A DNA stretch of 59,535 nucleotides, the filler included, from Sandaracinaceae bacterium (GTDB lineage: Bacteria; Myxococcota_A; Polyangia; Polyangiales; JADJQN01), in NCBI GenBank assembly GCA_947483975.1. It is 4 parts of 4 records of this genome, joined end to end, with 100 filler letters (N's around TTAATTAATTAA, not from the genome) between each part and the next. Parts side by side here need not be neighbours in the genome. Positions count along the whole stretch, not along the records: positions 44,866 to 59,535 come from CANKOL010000106.1; 3 more parts are not named here. One strand, written 5' to 3'. The notes under the pieces were generated by a model. It did no database searches. It saw only the letters and a list, made by a program, of their open reading frames with translations, and was not told where the DNA came from. Each line of letters begins with the position of its first letter. The stretch's first letter is position 1. Made by a program: the position numbers and the translations under genes. Positions 53,687 through 59,535 of the stretch are shown here, one piece after another.

Positions 53687-56590
53687 TCAGAACGGTGAGC
53701 CGATGTTCGCGTAGAACTGCGTCTCGCCGCCGTCGCTGAGGCCGCGGGCGACGCCGAGGCGCAGCGTGAACGGCAGAAAATAGCCGAGCGTGAAGTCGAG
53801 GAAGACCTCGGCGCCGGTGCCGAACAAGAATTTCGACAGGTCGATCGGCCCGTTGAAGGCGTCGCCGACGTCGAGGAACACGCCGCCGTAGAGGCGGCTG
53901 ACGTAGACGGGGACGGTCGCGGGTCCGGCTTCCACGGTCACGATCGGGAAGCGATACTCGGCCTGCGCGAGGTGGAACTGCGTGCCGTAGCGGACGTTCG
54001 GCGCGTAGCCGCGGAGCGCCGTGCCGCCGACCAGGATGAACTTCGTCAGCGAGTCGAGGATCGCGACCTCGGGGTAGCCGCCGATGGCGAAGACGCCGCG
54101 CCGCCCGAGATCGCCCTCGCTGATGCCGCCGGCGTAGCGCAGCGCGAGCACGTGCCGCCGCCAGAGCGGGTTGCGCAGGAACGTCTGCGCCACGAACGAG
54201 AGCGACACGCTGCGGAACTGCGAGCCGAGCAGCGGGTCCGCCGCGGCGACGGTGACGCCGAGGTACGCGCCCTCCGACGCGCTGATGTCGAAGCCGAAGC
54301 GGCGCACGCTCGAGTACGCCCAGCCGAGGCGCAGCTGCGCGAGCAAGCCCTGCTCGGGCAGGATGGGCGCCGGATCGTTCGGGTCGAGCGCGCCGCCGAA
54401 CGGCTCGCCTTGGCCGAGCCAGGTGAGCGAGTAGCCCGCGGTGAGCGAGTCGGACGAGAGCGCGCGCCGAAACGAGTAGCCCGCGCTCACGTCGACGCCG
54501 ACGTCGTCGGTGATCCACGCGCGATCGACGCCGCCGATCTGCAAGCCACCGCCCGGCGACACCACGCGAAACGCGTGCACCCCGAGCGCGACGGGCAGCC
54601 CGTGATAGCCGTACGACAGGTCCACGCTGAGGTCGCCGCGCGTCAGCCCGACGCCGAGGCGCGCCGCGTAGGAGTGCAGCCCGACGACGTCGCCGCCCGT
54701 CGTGCTCACGCCGAGCTGTTGCCCGAAGCCGTCCGGCGTCAGGTCGAGCGTGTACGCGAACGGGCGCAGCGTCGGCCACGGGTCGTAGGGCGTGCTCACG
54801 AGCGCGTCGGCGGTCTCCTCGCTCTCGGTCGGCGCGGGGCGGGTGTCGACGTACTCGGGCGCGTCGCGGAAGCGCGCCGGGTCGAGCGCGAGGGTGAAGA
54901 GATCGAAGCCGCGCGACGTGTAGCCGACGTAGACGAGGCGCGCGCCGTCGGGCGAGATGGTCGGCTGAAACGCGCCCGCGAGCACGTTCGTCACCTGTCG
55001 CAGCGTCCCCGTCGCGCGCTCCCACGCGTAGATGTTCGAGACGCCCGTGCGGTCCGACGCGAAGTACAGCGTGCGCCCGTCGGGGGACCACGCGGGCCCG
55101 GTGTCCTGCGCGCGGTCGCGCGTCACGCCGGTCACGCGCCCGCTCTCGACGTCGACGAGGCGGATGTCCCGGTAGCCGCCCTCGCTCCAGCACGAGTACG
55201 CGACCGTGCGTCCGTCGGGCGAGAAGCGCGGCGAGTAGATCTGCTCGAAGCGCCCGCTCCGCACGAGGACGCGCTGCGTGCCCGGCACGTCCGCGAGGTC
55301 CGCGATGGCGAGGTGCGTCGTCGCGGCGGAGTTGACCGCGTACACGACGCGCCGCCCGTCGGGCGAGACGTCCGGCTCCTGCGCGCGCGCGCCCTGCGTC
55401 AGCCGCGTGCTCTCGCGCGTCGCGAGATCGAGCACGAAGAGGTCGTTGAAGGCGTAGAGGTCCCGGTGCGTGTCGAGCGCGCTGTAGACGACGCGCCGAC
55501 CATCCGGATGCGGCGCCGCGGCGCCTAGCCCCGCGACCTCGACCAGCGTGTCGACGCCCGCGCCCGTGCGCGCGTCGAGCGCCCGGAGCGCCCCGACCGA
55601 GCGGTTGTCCCCCGCGAAGTACACGACGCGCCCATCGCGCAGAAAGCGCGGCGTGCGCGCCTCCTCGCCGTGCCGCGTGATTCGCTCGCCCTCGAGGAGC
55701 CCGCTCGCGCGCACCGCGTCCGCCTGCGCCGCGTAGTGCGCGCGCCGCTCCGCGAGGAAGTCCGCGTAGAGCTCCGTGAACGTGCGCCCCGTCGCGCGAT
55801 GCACCATGCGGTTGAGCCCGTACGGCACCACGTCGTCCGCGTAGTCGTCGATCATGCGCGCGATGGCGTCCATGCCGTACGCCCGCGCGATGTACTGCAT
55901 GAAGTACGAGCCGTAGAGATACCAAGCGTTGCCGTGCGGCCAGCGCTCAACGTCGTTCGAGATCTGATCGAGGCGCAGGAGGCGGCCCTCGAGCGCGTCC
56001 ATGCGCAGGTACATATCCCAGGTGGACGAGCGCAGGCGACCCGCGGAGGTCTGCTCGGTCTCGACGTAGACGGCGAGCCCCTCGAGGAACCAGCGCGGCG
56101 CGACGGCGTTCGGCAGCCAGGTCTTGCCGAGCAGCGCGTTGAAGAGCGCCGGCAGCCCGCGCACCTGATCGAGGTGCAGCACGTGCGCGCCCTCGTGGAA
56201 GATCAGCTCCGTCAGCCAGTCGTCGTAGTCCCCGAGCGGGGAGAGGTCCTCGGGCGCCGTCGCGTAGAGGCGGATCGTGTTGAAGGGCGCGGCGTTCGCC
56301 GAGCCGTTCGCGAAGTCCGTGTCGTCCGTCAGCACGATGTGCGTGAGGGCGTCGGGCGTGTGCCGCAGCATCGGGCCGACGGCCGTGTACGCGCGCTCGG
56401 CGACGACGGCGATGCGGCGCGCGATCGGGCCGAGCGGCTCGTGATAGTGGATGGCGAAGCGCCGCGTCGTGACCGTGCGCCACTCGAGCGTCGGGTCGGC
56501 GTTCGCCTGCGCGCGGGCGCCCGTCGGCGCGAGGGCGCTGACGGCGAGGCAGACGAGCGCGCTCGCGAGCGCGGCGGACAGGGAGCGCAT
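53687..56590 (-). CDS. Outer-membrane protein: zincin-like domain + PD40/TolB propeller + Omp85-like barrel
   Basis: FHEGAH..WFLEGLA; repeated P..SPDG; LRGY..QAEYRFP; terminal Phe. Confidence 0.8.
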   Translation of the reverse strand: MRSLSAALASALVCLAVSALAPTGARAQANADPTLEWRTVTTRRFAIHYHEPLGPIARRIAVVAERAYTAVGPMLRHTPDALTHIVLTDDTDFANGSANAAPFNTIRLYATAPEDLSPLGDYDDWLTELIFHEGAHVLHLDQVRGLPALFNALLGKTWLPNAVAPRWFLEGLAVYVETEQTSAGRLRSSTWDMYLRMDALEGRLLRLDQISNDVERWPHGNAWYLYGSYFMQYIARAYGMDAIARMIDDYADDVVPYGLNRMVHRATGRTFTELYADFLAERRAHYAAQADAVRASGLLEGERITRHGEEARTPRFLRDGRVVYFAGDNRSVGALRALDARTGAGVDTLVEVAGLGAAAPHPDGRRVVYSALDTHRDLYAFNDLFVLDLATRESTRLTQGARAQEPDVSPDGRRVVYAVNSAATTHLAIADLADVPGTQRVLVRSGRFEQIYSPRFSPDGRTVAYSCWSEGGYRDIRLVDVESGRVTGVTRDRAQDTGPAWSPDGRTLYFASDRTGVSNIYAWERATGTLRQVTNVLAGAFQPTISPDGARLVYVGYTSRGFDLFTLALDPARFRDAPEYVDTRPAPTESEETADALVSTPYDPWPTLRPFAYTLDLTPDGFGQQLGVSTTGGDVVGLHSYAARLGVGLTRGDLSVDLSYGYHGLPVALGVHAFRVVSPGGGLQIGGVDRAWITDDVGVDVSAGYSFRRALSSDSLTAGYSLTWLGQGEPFGGALDPNDPAPILPEQGLLAQLRLGWAYSSVRRFGFDISASEGAYLGVTVAAADPLLGSQFRSVSLSFVAQTFLRNPLWRRHVLALRYAGGISEGDLGRRGVFAIGGYPEVAILDSLTKFILVGGTALRGYAPNVRYGTQFHLAQAEYRFPIVTVEAGPATVPVYVSRLYGGVFLDVGDAFNGPIDLSKFLFGTGAEVFLDFTLGYFLPFTLRLGVARGLSDGGETQFYANIGSPF

Positions 56591-56744
56591 GCGCAATGCC
56601 GTTGTAGCAGAGCGTCACCACGGTCGGTGCGCCCGTCGCGCGGCGCGCTGCGCGAAGAACATCGCGCGCGACCTCTTCCCCATCCTTGACCAGCGGCGTC
56701 GCGCGCCGATACGCTAGCCGAGCGCCAAGACGCGCAAAGGCTGG

Positions 56745-57710
56745 ATGGAGCCCCGGACCCCCAAGATCACCCCCCCACCGCCGACTCGGCCTGCGAAGCA
56801 ATTCGCGCTCCGCTTCATCAGCGGGAAGTACCAGGGCGGAGAATTCCCCCTCCCGGCGAACAAAGAGATCGTCGTGGGGCGGTCGAGCGAGCTCGACATG
56901 GTCCTCGTCGAGGACATGGTCTCGCGTCGTCACGCCAAGATCACGGTGACGGGCGACCAGATCTTCATCCAGGACCTCGGCTCGACCAACGGCAGCTTCG
57001 TCAACGGCGAGAAGGTCAAGCGCGCCCGGCTCAACGAGGGCGACCGCATCCTGATCGGCACGAGCATCATCAAGCTCGTCGCCGCCGAGGGCGCCGCGGG
57101 GGACAACGCCCTCCGCGCCAACGCGCAGCTCGAGGAGGTCGCGCAGGGGCGCCGTACCTCCCAAGTGCGGACGATGTCCGGCACGATCGAGGAGGTCCCA
57201 CTCCCGGATCTGCTGCAGCTCTTCTCCACCTCGAAGAAGAGCGGCGTGCTCGTCGTGCGCACCGACGCGGACGTCGGGCGGCTCTTCCTCGACAAGGGGC
57301 GCCTCGTCTTCGCGACGGTCAACGACAACTTCGACGTGCAGCCGCTCAAGAGCGTCATCCGCATCATCACCTGGGATCACGGCACCTTCGAGATGGACCC
57401 CCCCGAGGAGCGCGAATTCCTCGAGACGATCAAGATGTCCACCGAGGGCGTGCTGATGGAGGCGATGCGTCAGCTCGACGAGCTGAAGCGCCTCGGCGCC
57501 GATATGCCGGCGATGCACGCGACGGTGCAGCTCGCGATGCCGCTGATCCCGCCGCTGCGCGATCTCTCCCCCGAGGAGATCGACGTGCTCCAGCTCGCGT
57601 TCAACTACGGGCACGTCGAGACGGTGCTCAACAAGAGCCTCGCGAACGACCTCGACACGAGCCAGATCCTCGTGAAGCTCCTGAAGACCGACTACCTCCG
57701 CCGCGAATAG
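56745..57710 (+). CDS. FHA-DUF4388 protein
   Basis: VGRS..VSRRHA..DLGSTNGSFVNG; MSGTIEEVPLPDLLQ..KSGVL. Confidence 0.88.
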   Translation: MEPRTPKITPPPPTRPAKQFALRFISGKYQGGEFPLPANKEIVVGRSSELDMVLVEDMVSRRHAKITVTGDQIFIQDLGSTNGSFVNGEKVKRARLNEGDRILIGTSIIKLVAAEGAAGDNALRANAQLEEVAQGRRTSQVRTMSGTIEEVPLPDLLQLFSTSKKSGVLVVRTDADVGRLFLDKGRLVFATVNDNFDVQPLKSVIRIITWDHGTFEMDPPEEREFLETIKMSTEGVLMEAMRQLDELKRLGADMPAMHATVQLAMPLIPPLRDLSPEEIDVLQLAFNYGHVETVLNKSLANDLDTSQILVKLLKTDYLRRE

Positions 57711-57741
57711 GCGGCGGTCGCCCGCGCGCGAGGCACGCTCC

Positions 57742-59049
57742 TCAGCGCGCCCAGTACGCCTCTTCGTCGAGTCCGTCTTCGCGCTCCGGCAGCCCGCGCG
57801 TGAGGCGCGGCGAGGACTGCGCGAGCACCTCGAAGCTGACGCGGTTCGCGTAGCGGCACACCTGGCTCATCGACGAGTACGTGAGGAACGCGCGCACGTG
57901 CTTGGCCGAGTTGGGCACGCTCGAGCGGTGGAAGCGGTTGGCGCTCATGTCGTGCAAGAGGGCCGCGAGCGCGGCGTCGCCGGCGCCGTTCGTGCTCGTG
58001 ATGCGGTCGGGGCCGCCGTGATAAGGCCCGATGTGCGCGAAGACCTTGGTCGGGTTCGCGCAGCTCCCTCGCAGCATCGGGCGGCTGAACTCGTAGCGGT
58101 TGAACTCGGGGATCGCGCCGGGGAGCAGCGGATAGCGCGTCTCGCGCTTCACGGCGTCGTCGGTGTGCCCCGCGAGATAGAGCCCCGTCGGCCCCGCCGT
58201 GCAGAGCACCATATCGGTGAAGTCGAGCGCGCGCGCGCAGGCGAGGAGCGGGTCGGCCTCGCCGGTCAGCGCCTCCGCCTCCTCCTCGTTCATCGCGACG
58301 ACGTTCACGTGCTCGGCGATGAACGCGCGCCAGAACTCCGGGCGCTCCGCGATGACGAAGCGCGTGCCGAGCGTGAGCACGACGGGCACGCCGCGCTCCT
58401 TGGCGAGCGCGACCGCGCGGCGCGTGGCGTCCGGCATCGGGTCGGACTCCTTGCCGCGCATCAGATACGCCGAGATGACGAGGCTCGACGCGCCGTCGAA
58501 GATCGCCGGCGGCACGCTCTCTGGGCGGAGCGCGTTCATCAGGCCCTCGCTGATCGCGAAGGTGCGCTCGCCGTCGGGCGTCACGAGCGCGAAGCAGCGC
58601 CCGATGGGCCCATCGACGGGCTGCAGGTGGTCGAGGTTGACGCGGCTCGAGGTGTTCGAGAGGTAGCGATAGCCCGAGGTGCCGAGGCGGATCTCCGCGC
58701 TCATCACGCCGAGCAAGATCGAGGTGTCGTCGGCGAGCGTCGAGTAGTTGTGGAGCGTGTTGCCGACGGTGCCGCCCGCGAACTCGTAGGAGATCAGCTG
58801 GTCGCGCAGGAGCTCGTCGTAGAGCGCCGTCGCCTGCTCGTTCGGGATGACGAGCGACGCGCCCTTCGCGAGCCCGTAGCGCGCGAGCAGCGCGTCGGGC
58901 ACGCGCGCGTCGATGTCGACGAGCGTCTGATCGACCCCGACGACGTGCGTCTTCGCCGACGGCGCGGCGAGCCCAGCGAAGAGAAACAGCGGGTCGCGCG
59001 CGTGGACCGGGAAGTAGTGCTTGTGCTTGCGGCGTCCGGGGAAGCGCAT
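57742..59049 (-). CDS. gsk: Inosine/guanosine kinase
   Basis: N-terminus MRFPGRRKHKHYFPV..RDPL, GVDQTLVDI, AGGTVGNTLHNYS, TNGAGD and C-terminal GLPEREDGL..YW closely resemble E. coli Gsk. Confidence 0.92.
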   Translation of the reverse strand: MRFPGRRKHKHYFPVHARDPLFLFAGLAAPSAKTHVVGVDQTLVDIDARVPDALLARYGLAKGASLVIPNEQATALYDELLRDQLISYEFAGGTVGNTLHNYSTLADDTSILLGVMSAEIRLGTSGYRYLSNTSSRVNLDHLQPVDGPIGRCFALVTPDGERTFAISEGLMNALRPESVPPAIFDGASSLVISAYLMRGKESDPMPDATRRAVALAKERGVPVVLTLGTRFVIAERPEFWRAFIAEHVNVVAMNEEEAEALTGEADPLLACARALDFTDMVLCTAGPTGLYLAGHTDDAVKRETRYPLLPGAIPEFNRYEFSRPMLRGSCANPTKVFAHIGPYHGGPDRITSTNGAGDAALAALLHDMSANRFHRSSVPNSAKHVRAFLTYSSMSQVCRYANRVSFEVLAQSSPRLTRGLPEREDGLDEEAYWAR

Positions 59050-59180
59050 GGTCGAGGTCCGCGGCGAGGGGGAGTGGAAGGGTGAACCTCCTTGCGCCCG
59101 GTGGACAGCCCGATCATGCGCGAGCGCAGCGTCCGCGCCGCGTCGCCGGCGCGCCCGCCCCATGCGAGCATGGCGGCACC

Positions 59181-59535
59181 ATGCGCCGTCTCGCGTTCGC
59201 GCTCGCGCTCGTGCTCCTGCTCGTGCTCCTCGGCGCCGCCTGCTCCTCGACGTCCACGCCGGGGGTCGGCCTCATGCCGAGCGGGCCGGATCCGCTCGCG
59301 TGTCAGGTGGACACGGACTGCCGCGCGGGCCCGCTCGTCAACCCAGACCAGCCCTGCTGCGACACGGGCGTAGACCGCGCGGTCTTCAGCGTCGAGTACC
59401 TCGCCTGGCGCACGCGCTGGAAGGCCTCGCACTGCGCCGACGTGGAGTGCCCGATGATGCCGCCCCCCGCGCCGCCGCTCCCATGCGCCCTCGCCGGGCG
59501 CTGCGCCGCGGGCCGGTGCGCGGACACCTGCGACC
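59181..59535 (+). CDS. Small Cys-rich lipoprotein, runs off the window (missed by the ORF track)
   Basis: MRRLAFALALVLLLVLLGAAC..ACQVDTDC..PCCD. Confidence 0.75.
   Translation, partial: MRRLAFALALVLLLVLLGAACSSTSTPGVGLMPSGPDPLACQVDTDCRAGPLVNPDQPCCDTGVDRAVFSVEYLAWRTRWKASHCADVECPMMPPPAPPLPCALAGRCAAGRCADTCD

Overview
Very GC-rich DNA whose gene content (many Ser/Thr kinases, Cys-rich lipoproteins, DUF4388 and VWA lipoproteins) points to a myxobacterium, probably Polyangia/Sandaracinaceae-like (inference). The window is four separate contigs (1-15020, 15121-29990, 30091-44765, 44866-59535) joined by artificial N44-TTAATTAATTAA-N44 linkers, so adjacency across linkers means nothing. Recognisable genes include cheA (partial), arfB, a RluA/TruC pseudouridine synthase, an ABC-F ATPase, tldD/pmbA, a thiolase, rpsB-tsf-pyrH-frr, gsk, a Phd-VapC toxin-antitoxin pair and many secreted Cys-rich proteins. 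Top findings: (1) Two paralogous uncharacterised helical proteins (6096-6968 and 16460-17269) are each preceded by about nine short palindromes phased every 41-43 bp with non-repeated spacers. Both also carry an identical bipartite CGCAACTGA-N12-CCGACAAGGG promoter-like motif. This is a candidate undescribed protein-plus-phased-array system. (2) The 3' end of a group II intron appears to supply the RBS and the AT of the antitoxin start codon. (3) A kinase gene is flanked by an 85-bp duplication of the pseudouridine synthase 3' end, an att-like insertion scar with no integrase. All calls are by eye; no database searches were run.
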